In this document: positions 1 through 12,599 of the stretch, in pieces
Layout: each line of letters starts with the position of its first letter
Numbering within the stretch: the stretch's first letter is position 1
From: Spirogloea muscicola
Lineage: Eukaryota
Length of the DNA: 64,000 nucleotides
Assembly: GCA_009602725.1 (NCBI GenBank)
Contig: WELB01000011.1
Coordinates: forward strand, 521,638-585,637
Direction: 5' to 3'
Notes under the pieces: model-generated
Database searches by the model: none
What the model was told of the DNA's origin: nothing
The model's input: the letters and a program-made list of their open reading frames with translations, nothing else
Program-made: the position numbers and the translations under genes

Positions 1-2579
1 TGCTGCCATCAGAAACGACAGCTCCCCATAGAGAAGAAGTGGCGCGCCCGGCTGCGGCGCCACACGCCGCCGTCGCCGGCGCCGCGCGGCGGCGGCGAGC
101 CGGGTGGCAGAGGCTTCGAAGCGTGGCTGACTGCGAACCCGCTGCCGCTGCTGGAGCGGCCAGAGGACGAGGGGTCGAGCTCAGCAGCTGAGGCTGAGAC
201 ATCCATGCACGATGGTGCTTGGGGGAGCGGAGGGACTGCGCTCCATGCGGACGCTGTCAACAGCTTACATGGCCGCCTCCGAGCCCCGGCCACAGGCAGC
301 GGCGAGCATGGAGGAGGCTCACGTGAGAGCCCCGGCTGCTGTGAGATGGAGGTGGAGGACGAAGGTGAGGATGGCGGCGATAGGGTTGCCGTTGGCGGCG
401 GCAGCGGGAGAGGAGGAGGCCAGTGGCGCCGCTTCTCTTGGCGGGACACCAGCGACGCCCTTTACACCGTGCTGCGCGAGCGCGGCGCCGACAGCCTCGT
501 CGCTGAAGCGGGGGCCTTCGTGGAGGTACGCGTAGAGAATGACAATAAATGATAATGTGGTTTTTATCCATTGTTAACTGGATATCATATATCTGTTGCA
601 TGTGCCACGGGCATGACTGCCCCTAAGGACTGCAACCTGAACCCCTGATCTTAGTAGCAGTCCAGAATCCAATATTGACCTCGTTTACAATCAAAACCCA
701 CACTTGGATGGATTGCTGAGCGTGCACAAGGTGCTTGCGGTCGCCCACGTGCTGCCAGGCTTTTCCGCCGAGCACCGGAGCGCTGCCTATACCACCGCGG
801 ATGCGATTTGAGTTTCACCCGCCAAGGATCCAGCCGCTGCCCCACGCTGCGGCCAGCCCGGGCGAGTACTTCCTCTTGTGCCTAAAGCTACAAGCTGTGA
901 GCCTCCACAATGATAGCCCACATGTATGTTGGAATTTCAGAACCTGTGTCTGCTGGAGACCACATTCTGATTCCTTCTCCGTTTGCAAGTAATGTGGGCA
1001 GGTTTCTAGCGGACCTGCAGGAGAGGCGTGCGCGAGCCGGCGGTCAGCCCATGCGACACGTCCTTGTCCTTCTCGCGGCCGACTCAGCAGCCCTCGGAAT
1101 TTTCTCTGATGGCCAGCTGGTTGCACACAAGGTCCGTAGTACGCTAGCGCCCTCCCCGAGCTATCTCGACCCAGTAGGCTTGCCAGAACAATTGCTATAG
1201 CGTTGTTACATCGTTTCTACTTCCATCATGGCTACACGCTCCTCTTTTACAATACAGGCGCCCGCAGTACGCTGCGGGGCGGTACTCAAAAGCTTACATT
1301 CCAACACTACTCCTTATCGCTGTTTGCCTTTACTGTGAGCCTCAAAGCTGGACAAAAGTAAGAAAGTTCTCTCTTGGTGCCAAGCAGATTACAAGTTCAT
1401 AGTTAATTCGCAGGTAAGGCAAGTGATCATTAACAGCAAAAGAAGCAGTCAGCAGTAGTCATAACTGATCTTTGCCACGAGTTTGTTGGACAGGTCGTGA
1501 CGGCATACACCATCCGGGCAAAGCAGGGCAAATCGCAGCTGAAGCACTTGAGGCAGGGCGGGAGCGCTGGCCGCATGTCCGCAGGCGGCGGCCTGCGTGT
1601 ACAAGAGGCACGACGGTTTGTTCATCGAATTGCAGAGGCAAACAGACCTCAGCTGTCCAGCTTGACTAGCGTGCACATATCATCAATATCATAATACAAA
1701 GGTTTTCTTGGCAGAGCTTAACCTGTGTCTGCCTGCAAGTGAGCAAGTCTTGTCAACCTTTGAGCAATTCTTGTCAACCTTCTGACACAGTGTCAACGAT
1801 TTCTCTGCGGCTCTTTGATTGAGCTGCGTCTGTCATGCCGAGCAGAAGCTGAGGGAGTGGAAGGAGGAGGTGCGCTGCGCCGACTTGATCTTCTACTCGG
1901 GGGACGTACGCCTCCGGAACGAGGCCAGTGCCCCTACGTCCACTTGCATGCTTCAGTTTGTGGCAGGCTATCAAGGAGAAGCCCTGCCTGTCTCCACCGA
2001 TGACAATGCGCAGTGACACAGTTGCCACTGAGTCAAGGCTGGTTACCTACTTGCCTGGGAATGAACTGCTGATGAAGTGTCAACAAAGACTTCTCCTGAT
2101 AAGGACAAGTTGGTCATTTAGATAAGCATTGCTGAGGCTCTACTGAACGTGGCCATGTGCCGCACACCATCATGCAGATTCTTGCCAGCCAGGACATCCG
2201 TGGCCTGCTTGGCCCATGTGATGATAGGTGGCTGCGTGTCCCCATGTCTGTCCGTGCACCGCGCTTCAAAGATCTGGAACGGTCAGTATGGACAGCCTGA
2301 CCTCGGCGCACTTGTCTGTCCTACCTTGGCTTCTCCTTTGGCATACTTCGGTTTGTCAATGTCCCGTCTGATGGTCTTGGACGAGCTCGTGACAGTCGTA
2401 TCCAGTGCATTACTGTATGCAGGGTCTTCTATGCCCTGAACCACGGCAAATGCGGCCTCGCATGTGCGCCAGTGGTGGCAAGTGGCAATGCTGATGTGCG
2501 TCCACTTGGAGCTATCGGGGGCGGTCTTGAGAGCGTCAAATTGCCAGCTCTGGGGCGTGCTCTTGATGAACAAACCTAG
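1..2579 (+). CDS. VLRF1 (Vms1/ANKZF1-like release factor family) protein, Bacteroidetes-type domain; multi-exon, 5' end outside window
   Basis: Spliced exons give HVLVLLAADSAALGIFSDGQLVAHK|VVTAYTIRAKQGKSQLKHLRQGGSAG..LRVQEARRFVHRIAE|KLREWKEEVRCADLIFYSGD..RWLRVPMSVRAPRF. The HK..Y.RAKQG.SQ motif is the VLRF1 catalytic-loop signature. Frame 1 is open from position 1. Putative stop TAG 2577-2579; the 3' exons are uncertain. Confidence 0.75.
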
Positions 2580-3287
2580 GTGTAAGCGTGCTTGCGCCCC
2601 AACAGGAACTTGCTTCAGGCGTGGCAAGATTACTGATTGATTTTTCAAACGTTCATTTGTGAGACACACTGTAAAGTAACAGAAAAGGGAGAGCTCATGT
2701 AGCCTCAGTGAAGGGTGTGTGAGATCCATTGTCTTGCCCGTATCAAGACTAGAAACTTTCCATATATATTATGTCCCTGTGAGGCTTGGGGCTTCAGCAA
2801 GTGGAAGCTCTCATGCTGTCATTATACAAGATCTACTCAAGAGTATGGCACCGATTTTGGCTATTTTGTAATGTTTGATATAACGGGCTGGGTACGGTTG
2901 TGGCTTATCCTACACAGATTTAGCTGGACAATGGTACTAGATTTTGCTAAGGTGCTCTAGAGGGTAACTCAGAGAGAAGGTGTTGATTCCAGACAAAACT
3001 AGCACTAATTCCCTGTGCTTCGACATGGGCAACACATGCTTCCACATGGGCAACACAGCTCAAGCGAAGCAAAAGCAGGGTGATGGGCCGAAGCTGGAGC
3101 ACAGATCCATGTGCAGTAAATGCCTACAAGAGATACAGCAGCTACCACTGCCTTCCTAGGATGGAGTACTGGGCAGCATGTTGTTCATGTTGGTGTCTGG
3201 CCCTGAGGAGCTCCGGGGCTGTACAAGTCGCTCGAGCCGGCCAAACATGGCAACCAGGCGGCCACGCCAAAATTGTGGGAAGCCCAG

Positions 3288-5102
3288 CTAATGGGCTAAG
3301 GTCCCATTTGTCGCCGGTGTGATGCCCTCAACTGCAGTAAGGAGCCGCTTGATTATCCGCTGCAGTGCAGCAGCACTAGGGGTCAACATCCCTGGCCCCT
3401 CCGCACTGACAGCGAAGCAGGGGCGGCCCTCCTCGGCGGCGCGGCTCAGCGCAGGGTCCAGAGGCACTCGACCGAGAAACGGAACGCCCATGCGACGGGC
3501 CATGGCCTCTGCGCCGCCAGCGGCTGCATAGAACACCTCTGTGGTCGCCGTTACGCCTGCCAGGAGGTGCGGTGCCACCTGTGCACACCGCAGCAAGGAA
3601 ACGGGGCGCAAGGCACATGAGTGATGCCACTCACTATCTGGTGACTTAGACAATCGTGCAACACATAGATACAACGTACAGGCGGCTACTTTGGCCTGGC
3701 ATAAAGCTCAAGCGGTGCACCTTCTGAAGCTCGGCAAGAACTTGCTCGGTGATATCGGCACCCTCCTCGCCATCGAGGCGGTGCTCGCGGAAGGTGAAGG
3801 CGGCAAGCGGCATTTCCAGGCCAGCCATGTTCTCCACCACGCCCAGCACAGGGATGCCCACCTTCTTACAGAAGTTGATCTCCTTGCGGACATCAATGAG
3901 CGCTACCTCCTGAGGTGTGGTGACAATGATGGCGCCGTCCACGCCGGTGGCCTTGAGGTACTGTGCAATAGAGATGTGCTCGTCTGACGTCCCAGGTGGT
4001 GCATCAACCACCAGGTAGTCAAGCTCGCCCCAATCAACGTCCTTCAGAAACTGAAAACGAGAGAAGCGAGTGGCCAACACCAAATAATACATAATGAGTA
4101 GACAATTTTATGAAGTAGTCGGGAATGACTGCCTACGTCAGTTACAAAATTCCTTACAACTAGAACAGCAGCCTGCAATGCATTTTCAAAGGCTTAGCTA
4201 TGTTGTCAGTGCTGGCTGGCAGCCACATCGATGTGAAGGGTGGCGGAACACTGAGCCATTTCCTGGGCAGCGGGACTGACCTGCTTGATGAGGCCGTTTT
4301 TGCGGGGCCCCCGCCAAACGACGGCCTCGTCTGGGTCGGGTAGCATGAAACCTATGGACATGACGCCGAGGTTGTCATCCACGAACACGGGCGACCAGCC
4401 CGCAGCACTCTGGTGGATCTCCTCGCCCTCCAGCCCGAGCATGCGCGGCACGCTCGGCCCGCAGATGTCGATGTCCAGCAGCCCGACCTGCGCAAACGCC
4501 GGAGGTGAACGCCACCGCGTGGGCTCAACCTCGGCGCTTTCGAGTTGGCCTATTGAGCAGGCAACATGGTAGCAGCGACGGCGCGGTACGCCGGCTCTGA
4601 CCTGCTTGTCGTGGGCGGCCAGCGCGAAGGACAGCTGCGCAGCGAAGGTGCTCTTGCCGACGCCGCCCTTGCCCGACAGCACCAGCAGCTTGTGCCGCAC
4701 CGCAGCCATGCGGTCCGCGATCGCCTGCAGGTCTGAGCGTCGCCGGCAGCGCAGACGGAGAAGCGTCAGCTGCGCATCAGCTGCAGAGCAACTGACAACA
4801 GAAGAGCGGCTGTAAAAGTCAGCCAGGTGCATGCAGAGGGGCGTCCATGGCTATGTTAGCGGAGCCAGAGGCTAAGGCAGACAGGCCGCTCTCAGTACCC
4901 TCAGTGTCAGCAATAAGGAGAAAGAATCTTGTAGTAGAGGGCTGTGGCTGTGAGTGGCCAGCCCAGATAAAAGAATCAGCAATAGGAAGGAGGGGGGGCG
5001 GCGGCGCCGGCCTGGGTCGGGCCCCTTGGGCGCGGTGGCGCAGGCCTCCTGGTTGGGGCAGCCCGCGCAGGCGGCCGCGCGGCCCGCCTCCTCCTCCGCC
5101 GT
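3288..5102 (-). CDS. NBP35: Cytosolic Fe-S cluster assembly P-loop NTPase NBP35/NUBP1 (start in N gap)
   Basis: N-terminal [29 protein letters not shown], Walker [97 protein letters not shown]. Stop at 3288-3290. Confidence 0.95.
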
Positions 5103-5685
5103 NNNNNNNNNNNNNNNNNNNNNNNNNNNNNNNNNNNNNNNNNNNNNNNNNNNNNNNNNNNNNNNNNNNNNNNNNNNNNNNNNNNNNNNNNNNNNNNNNN
5201 NNNNNNNNNNNNNNNNNNNNNNNNNNNNNNNNNNNNNNNNNNNNNNNNNNNNNNNNNNNNNNNNNNNNNNNNNNNNNNNNNNNNNNNNNNNNNNNNNNNN
5301 NNNNNNNNNNNNNNNNNNNNNNNNNNNNNNNNNNNNNNNNNNNNNNNNNNNNNNNNNNNNNNNNNNNNNNNNNNNNNNNNNNNNNNNNNNNNNNNNNNNN
5401 NNNNNNNNNNNNNNNNNNNNNNNNNNNNNNNNNNNNNNNNNNNNNNNNNNNNNNNNNNNNNNNNNNNNNNNNNNNNNNNNNNNNNNNNNNNNNNNNNNNN
5501 NNNNNNNNNNNNNNNNNNNNNNNNNNNNNNNNNNNNNNNNNNNNNNNNNNNNNNNNNNNNNNNNNNNNNNNNNNNNNNNNNNNNNNNNNNNNNNNNNNNN
5601 NNNNNNNNNNNNNNNNNNNNNNNNNNNNNNNNNNNNNNNNNNNNNNNNNNNNNNNGGGGCGGGGGAGGGAGGGGGGGAGGCAGCC

Positions 5686-7121
5686 ATGGGGAAGAACCAG
5701 CAGTACAAGCAGGCGCAGCGGGCGAAGATGGCGGCGCACTCGGCCGGCACGGCGCCCGGCGAGGAGGAGGTCAACGACGGATTTGTACGCCCGCCACTCA
5801 ACCCGGCCGCCGCACCCTATCCCCCGCGCCGGCGCCTCTGTTGGGCGACCACGTTCCATTGAATCTTAGCTTGATCGCCGCTCGCGCTCCGGCACTGGCA
5901 TCCTGCTGCTCGCGGCGGCAATGCCGCCACTGCCCACGTCGTCGCTGCCGCCGCTGAGGCCGCCTGTCGTCGTGGGTCGTGCTCATCGTCGCCGCCCAGT
6001 GCCGCCGTCGTCGCCGTCGTGCTGCTGTGTCGTCTTTTCGTCGTCGATGTGGGGCCGCACACTGACCAGAGGCTGTGGCAGACGGACGGATCGTTCCATT
6101 CACCAGAGTGGCATGCGGCGCGCCTCGCCTCGCTCCAGACCTCCTCCACGCTCACGTGGGAGGAGTGGAAGGCCAAGCAGAAGGTGCGCCGCCTGCCGCC
6201 CCTGCCGCCTCTGCTGTGCTGCTGCATTACTGTGGGCCATATTATTACGTATTGTTGATGCTGCTCGTCGCCTTAGTCGTTCAGCAGATGGCAATCGCCG
6301 ATGCAAACTGCTGAATACAGTCAGCTGGCTGATACTCTTCTCTGCAGGAGGAGGCCAAGCGGAACGAGGACCTGGCGGGCGAGGAGTCGGCGCGGATGAG
6401 GGAGTACCGCATGCAGCTGGATGCCGAGCGGCAGGCCAAGCTCGCGCGTGGCCGCAACCACGCTGACAAGCGCCCCAAGCTCGCCGACAAGAAGGACCGC
6501 AGCGACAGCAAGCGTGACCGCAACAAGAAGAGTGAGTGCCCCAAGCAGCGTATATGACATAGACACGCTGGTCATCGCATCATCTACTGATGGGATCGAG
6601 CAATTCATTCGCCCCTGCCGCATTCCTGATGCTGGTGTCTTGGCCTGGGGCGCAGAGAAAAAGGACAAGAACCGGGAGCTACGTAAGGGCGACAGAGGGC
6701 GCAAGGTGCGGGAGCAGAGCGGCGGCTACTAGCGTGCATGTGCCTGCGCTCGACAATGCAATGCTGCCGCAGGCTCTCCGCCAGTCCAGGCCATTGATGC
6801 CGCTCTTTGGATGCCTCACCTATGCTTTGGTGCTGCGTTTGGCTGCAGAGGAAGGACCGGCAGCGATCGGAGTCAGGCTCCGAGTCCGAGACTGACGAGT
6901 CCGAGAGCGACGAGCGAAAGCGCAAGGAGAAGCGACGAGCCCGGAGAGACAAGGACCAGGGGCGCAAGCGACGCAAGCAGCAGGCCTCTCCCGGCAGCAG
7001 TAGCACCAGCAGCAGCGGTCGTGACGGCAGCGGCGATGCTGTCGGTTGCCGGAAGGAAAACGGAGACAAGAAGGGGGCCTTTCGGTTGTCCTCCTTTTTT
7101 GACGCGCACAGGGACGACTAG
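5686..7121 (+). CDS. Conserved plant Lys/Arg/Ser-rich nuclear protein (FAM133-like)
   Basis: MGKNQQYKQAQRAK..NDGF|TDGSFHSPEWHAARLASLQTSSTLTWEEWKAKQK|..MREYRMQLDAERQAKLARGRNH..FRLSSFF resembles a conserved plant uncharacterised family. GT-AG introns; stop TAG 7119-7121. Confidence 0.8.
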
Positions 7122-8156
7122 GAGGGCCACCTTTCCGGCAGTCTTCTTTGCAAGCTGGCCTTGGCTTTGGACACTAGCTGATGTACTATGCCTCATAGCA
7201 AGTGCTCCATAGTGGACCTCTACTACTTGCCTGATATCATGCCGATATTGTAGAGGTTGCCTGCTGTTGTCTGTCCGACTGTTGTTTGGCCAAGCTGATC
7301 TTGATGGAAATTCGTTAAGGGCTTGCCGCCAGTCATTGGGCAGGGTGCCCATTCCCTAAGCAAAAGCATCGGATTTTTTAAGCTTGTCTGGAAATTTTGG
7401 CGTGTAGGCCATGGTAGCATCATGAAATTATAGATGCGCAGTTCACTGGGCACTTGCTACGTGTAAGCAACCACCTGCTACTGTGAAGCTATCATGACGG
7501 CTATTTAGGCTTGGACGCACTCCAACTGCACGAGCTGATAGACACCCACCATTATGGCCAACACCAGCAAGGCTATTGGCTCAACCTGGAGGACATAACC
7601 TCATAAAGGGGAGCTAGGTACATGCACGCAATCAGCAAGTGGCCATACATCTTAGCCCAAGGCCTCCGAGCACTTGCAAAACATTCTGCCAACAACAAAA
7701 TCATACAATCAAGAAGAGCTGTGACATGTCAACGGTCTGCCAACTTGCAAAACTTACTCTTGCAAGAGCAACATCAAGTGTTCCACTCTACAGTCCACAG
7801 TGCTTGAGGAAACCACAAGGGCAGGCCTTCTGAAGGCAGACCTGCCCCTCTGGAGCCTCTGCACACCTCACACAAACCAGTGGTCCAGTGTGGTCCAGGT
7901 ATCCAGAGCTTCTAAAGCAACCACGACAAGAATTAGCTCCTGCATGTTGCAGCTACTGACAATGAACGACGCGGTTGTGAGATTGCTCTGGCTCAGACTC
8001 CTAGCTGCTGAAGGAGGCCCCAGCTCTGTCTCCCACCGTCTTCAAATACAAGCTACATCGCCCTTACTACTAGATGGCTTCAAAAATGACAAGCATTATC
8101 ACATCCGGAGCAATGAGATACATTAGCCCAATAGAACTAAGCACGCTCTGCTCCAT

Positions 8157-11030
8157 TCACTCCTCAACTTCCTTAATTGCACCCTGCATAGTTCACGGCC
8201 AAAGCAGATTTTCAGATACAAGTAAAGCTATTGGCAGCAGTAGAAGCTGGAGCTAGAATGTGTGCTGTGCTAACTGTGTGCAAGCGCGATCTAATCAAAA
8301 GTATTCAACAATATAGAGCATGTTAACACTGTGCGCATGTTTGACTTTTATGTACTCGCATGCTGTGCAGTGATCAATCACAGCAGTGTTGTGTGGGAAG
8401 CAGCCTCACAAACCTTGGCAACATTGGTCACATATAGTGCAGCTGCAACGGTGCAGAGCAACCCCAGGCCCAGAGTCCAGAGCTCAGGTCCGCCAGAAAA
8501 AGGAGAGCCATCATCCTGCTGCTGTTAGTGCACAGGCAAGTGGCGCACGTCTCAGCTTTGGCACCAGGACGGATGCCAAACCACTGCAGACATGCGCAGC
8601 AGGTAAGCCAGCTCCTATGCTGCGGCAGCAACTCACAATGACTTTCTTGCCAAAAGCGCCGGCGCTGACGTATGCCCACGTGCCAGGGAGCATGCCCAGC
8701 CAGCTGCAACAAGGCAACCACTTACAATCCATGAGACTTTCCCTGGCTACTAGCCTGTAGATATCCAACCAGCACACAGCGCAAATTGGGAGCAGATACC
8801 AAACCAAGGACATCCTGATGGATCTAAGGAAGCGTGTTTGCAGATTAGTTCTTCTTCATAGTGACCATCCACAGCATGCTATTCTGTGGTATCAAGCCAG
8901 CTGGGTTCTGCTGGCAGATTGGCTATCACTTCCTTCACATCTCCCCAATCTACTCATCTCAAGGCAGCACAGAGGCAAGTAACAAAGTCATGACTGAGAC
9001 ACCTGACCACCTCACCTGCCGGCAATGTATGGAAGGAGCTCCACTGATGTAAGCCCGTAGATGTAGTTGCCGAGGGAGAAGGGCAGCAGCGGGCTAAGAC
9101 GCAGCAGGACAACAACCCGGAAACTGTCCTTGCCGATAGCCTTGTCTATCGCCAGGAACTTCTTATTGCCCTTGGCCAGCTTCATAATTCGGTCCCGGGC
9201 AACATACCGGGCAATGAGGAAGGCGCCTGTTGCCGCCAACTTTAGCACAACATGATGAAACAGTCAAGGATGAGGTGATTGTGGTCAACATACTCAGAAG
9301 CGATGCATAAAGATTGTCAACCCTTTCTTGACTCATGCTTTAGCCCGAGTTCTACAGTCAAGTCCGGACTGCAGCTTGCCAGTCAGCTGCCTAAGTTGTG
9401 CACGGCATGACTGCTCTGACTTCATTACTTTGACAGGCTGCTCGGAAACGCCCCTTACAGTGAAGCAATAGTGAATTATTATCTGACAAGTAACAAGGAT
9501 CCAAGTAATGTAATTGATCCAGGCGGATTTTGGTTCACGTTGAAGAACTTACTGTGCCTGAGATGCTGACAAGGATAGTGCCCGTGACCGTGCCAAATAA
9601 GAGACCAGCTGACATTGTCAAGGGAATTGCAGGAATCGCCAATATCTGAAGGTAAACGAACTCAGCACACTCAGCTCCAGGTCCTTCCTCAACGACAAAG
9701 TGCATCTAAGTTTTCAGCAAGCCTAGCTCCAATCATTTCTGCCTGCCTTGTGAGTCTCCTTCACCTTGGATATAGCCTTGTCCTCTGCACTGAACCTAGA
9801 AAGCCGGCATCTTTAACAGTGCCGTCCTTAAGTAGCATCAATTGGAGCACCAAAGCAAAAAAGGCTGGAGTGATGACCTCACCTCAAGTACCGCGTATCC
9901 AATGACAAAGACAACGTAACCAAGGGGGCCAACACCTATAATTTCCAAGCCAGCAAGGTGTCATGGATGCCGAAGCAGCCGGAACAGGTTGCATGAGTTC
10001 CGTAGGCTATAATTCTACTATTGGCTGCCTCAGCATGTATCTTCTCGCTTGCAGCAGAAGCACACAAAGGCCATGGTTTCCCAACAGGCTGCCTCAACAC
10101 AGGTCATCTCATCTGCATAAATGTCTGACTGAACCAACGACTAGCGAGAGCGAGCAGCAGCTGGCTGGCCCTGCAAATGTGTCATCTGGAATGGTGCAGC
10201 AGGTGGCCTCACTCTCTATATACTCCTCAAAGTACTCCAGTAGGCCATTGATCTCGTCCTTGTATACAGTGCCCAGGACGCCAATGCCGGCCACGAACGC
10301 CAGCACCGTTGCAACTGCGAGGAGCGACCCTCCCACCGCAGCGCTCCCAGCACTGATCTCCCCGGTGTTGTCCGCGCCACTGTTCTCGCTGTCGGTGACG
10401 CCGCTGCTCGGTGGCAGGACCTCGGCGGTATCTGCACCTAGCGAAAGACCCATGAAGCACCATTGCTCAGACGAATGCCTCCTTGATGATTGCCCACAAG
10501 CAAGCTCTACTTCAAGCTGTGGTACTCGGCAAGTCTGTCACCCTAGCTACGGCCAGCTGCTCATCTATCGCAATGCAGGGGCGCCGAATTGCCAGCACCC
10601 GCGCCAAGCCTGCTGGCCGTCAGAGCTGATCTCACGCTGCCAGTAAAGCCACGCGGCTAAGGGACCTCCAGAAAGTGACAGTGTGCAGTCTGAGCGGACG
10701 GAGGTTCGAGCGGGTGAGGTAACAGCAAGCGCAGTGGCGGCAGCTCCCCGAGCTCTCCAGTGGCAAGGCGGGGAGGCAGCAGCCGGACGGACCTCCCAGA
10801 TGGCTGCCGTTGCTGGACGACAGGCTCCGCGCGCCGTCCTCGGCGTGATGCTGGCCGCTGCCCGCCTTCTGCGAGCCCGGGCCCTTCTCCAGCGTCTCCC
10901 GCGGCGACGGCTGCGCCTCTTGCCGGATCCGCGAGGAGCTGGCGACGGCGCGCAGCCTTCTCCTCGTTAGCGGCGCGGCGCCGGCCCGCCTCGGCGAGCA
11001 CCGCGCCGCCGCAGCAGCGCCGGCGGAGGC

Positions 11031-11089
<59 letters not shown>

Positions 11090-11198
11090 NGGCGGCGGCG
11101 GGCGCGGGCAGCGGCAGCGGCGGTGGCGGCGGCGGCGGCGTGGCAGTGGCAGGCGACGGTCCGGCCGGCGTCAAGTCGGGACGACGTATAGCCACCAT
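8157..11198 (-). CDS. TVP38/TMEM64 (DedA, SNARE-associated Golgi) family membrane protein, probably plastid-targeted
   Basis: GPLGYVVFVIGYAVLE|ILAIPAIPLTMSAGLLFGTVTG..FLIARYVARDRIMKLAKGNKKFLAIDKAIGKDSFRVVVLLRLSPLLPFSLGNYIYGLT..SWLGMLPGTWAYVSAGAFG..GAIKEVEE*. Ala/Arg/Ser-rich transit-like first exon. The start is uncertain because of a poly-A/N break at 11032-11090. Confidence 0.88.
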
Positions 11199-11595
11199 CT
11201 CAAACGAGACCCACGTTAGAGCATAGTGGCGGAAAGGCTTCTCTCCCACGTCGCCGCCGAGACGAGGGCCTCGCCGCGACGGGCCCCGCCACGGCGGGTG
11301 CCTCTCCCCACCGTCTCCAGATGGTGGGAGCCAGCGGTCCCCCGTCTCGGACGAGGCCCACTCGTGACGACGGGCTCCCACGCCGCTGCCACGCGCCATC
11401 CTCGGACTGCGCGCCGCGTGGCTTGTCAGCCCAATGGGCGCCCGAGCGCCTGGATATTCCTCGGGCCGACGGCGACAGCGCAAGGGCACTGGCGGCGCCA
11501 TGGTGGCGCTCGCCCTGGTCCCACACCTCAGGATTGCCCCACTTCGCTTACATCCCCCCTGACCAGGACTTCTAGGCTCGTATTGGCCTCCTTTG

Positions 11596-12115
11596 AAGAA
11601 AGAGAGGAAGGCGCGCGGGGCGCATGAAATGAAATGGAGGCCAATCCAAGCCGATACTTTGTTCAGGCAATGATGACTTTCTTCTTCTTCCTTTCGTGCG
11701 CACCGCGCGCCTTCTCTCTCTTCCTTTGACGAAGAAAGTCGTCTCCAGGGGCGGGCGGTGGGCTGGGAGAGGCCAGCCCATAAGAAGATAGAAAAGAGAA
11801 AGGGCTCGCCCATTGAGGATAGGGGCTGGAAAAGCCAGAAAATGAACAAAGGACGAGAAGGAGAGAAGTGCTCGCCCAAAGAAGCGCGGCCAGATTGACT
11901 GGTGGGCATAGAGAAGAAGGCTGGCAAAGCCAGCCCACAAGGAATGGACAATGTCCAAAGCTAAAGAGAGAGGAGCCGAAGAAGAAGAAAGTGCTCGCCC
12001 ATTGAGGATAGGGGCTGGAAAAAGAAGATTGTGCTCGCCCATTGAGAATAGGGGCTGGAAAAGCCAGCCCAAATAAGAATGAACAGAGTACGAGAACGAC
12101 TACACAGGGGGCCAG
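11596..12115 (-). repeat. Stack of very short 3' termini of CRE-type retroelements (families B, C, E)
   Basis: CTCGCCCATTGAG..AGGGGCTGGAAAA recurs at 11805, 11994 and 12034 (variant at 11871), separated by GAA-rich tracts. A family-C end (GAAGGCGCGCGGGGCGCATGAA) lies at 11607. Confidence 0.85.
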
Positions 12116-12119
12116 GGCA

Positions 12120-12575
12120 GGAGTTCGTATATTTGAAAATAACGAAGGCCAAATGGCCAAGTACAGAGGCAAGCACATCTAAAGAAATACATAACCTACA
12201 GCAGACTGGCCCGCTCAGTAACCACGGGTCAAAACATAAACGTCGCTTATTGATGCCTGAAGACTAGATGTCAGATACGAAGCCCTTCTACCACCAACAA
12301 CCAGAGCTCGTCCAGCTTTCTGGTGCAAGGCATTAGCCTGAGCACGCTGCAAACAGGCCGAAACTCGTCGTCGCAAGAAAGACAGATATGCAGCTGGCAA
12401 GCCCATCTCAGCCGGAAACAAATCTGCACGACTTGTGTAGCCTAGATAGGCAATGTTTTTGAAGGAGGGTGTGGAAACGAGGACCCAGACAGCCAAAGAT
12501 GTCGATTGCCGCTGGCCGGAGCTGATCACATTGGGGGTAATCGGAGTAGTGCTGCAGCTTTCTTTGTTCTGCACC
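12120..12575 (-). mobile_element. 5'-truncated CRE-type RLE non-LTR retrotransposon, family A (inverted relative to the 13331-14670 copy)
   Basis: GGAEQRKLQHYSDYPQCDQL.PAAIDIFGCLGPRFHTLLQ..RRRVSACLQRAQANALHQKAG..ISDVYVLTRGY* plus 3' UTR. Closely similar to the reverse complement of about 14215-14660. Confidence 0.85.
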
Positions 12576-12599
12576 GCCCGAAGGGGGCCAGGGGAGGAA

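Noticed and set aside
1740..1781. Small tandem duplications (21 bp here; similar at about 3026-3058 and 17695-17722)
   Set aside because: Ordinary local slippage or repair duplications in non-coding DNA.
4819..5869. Long ORFs spanning N gaps (also 18497-20141, 52828-55807, 58115-59458)
   Set aside because: Their length is an artefact of N runs lacking stop codons.
11032..11090. 58-nt poly-A run inside the TVP38 first-exon region (possible retro-insertion tail or poly-Phe)
   Set aside because: It ends at an N joining two GC-rich contig ends, has no TSD or element body, and the local retroelements have CT tails. Most likely an assembly artefact.
11805..12075. Repeated ~30-nt units with variable spacers, superficially CRISPR-like
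   Set aside because: Eukaryotic context, irregular spacing and no cas genes. The units are 3' ends of the retroelement family B.
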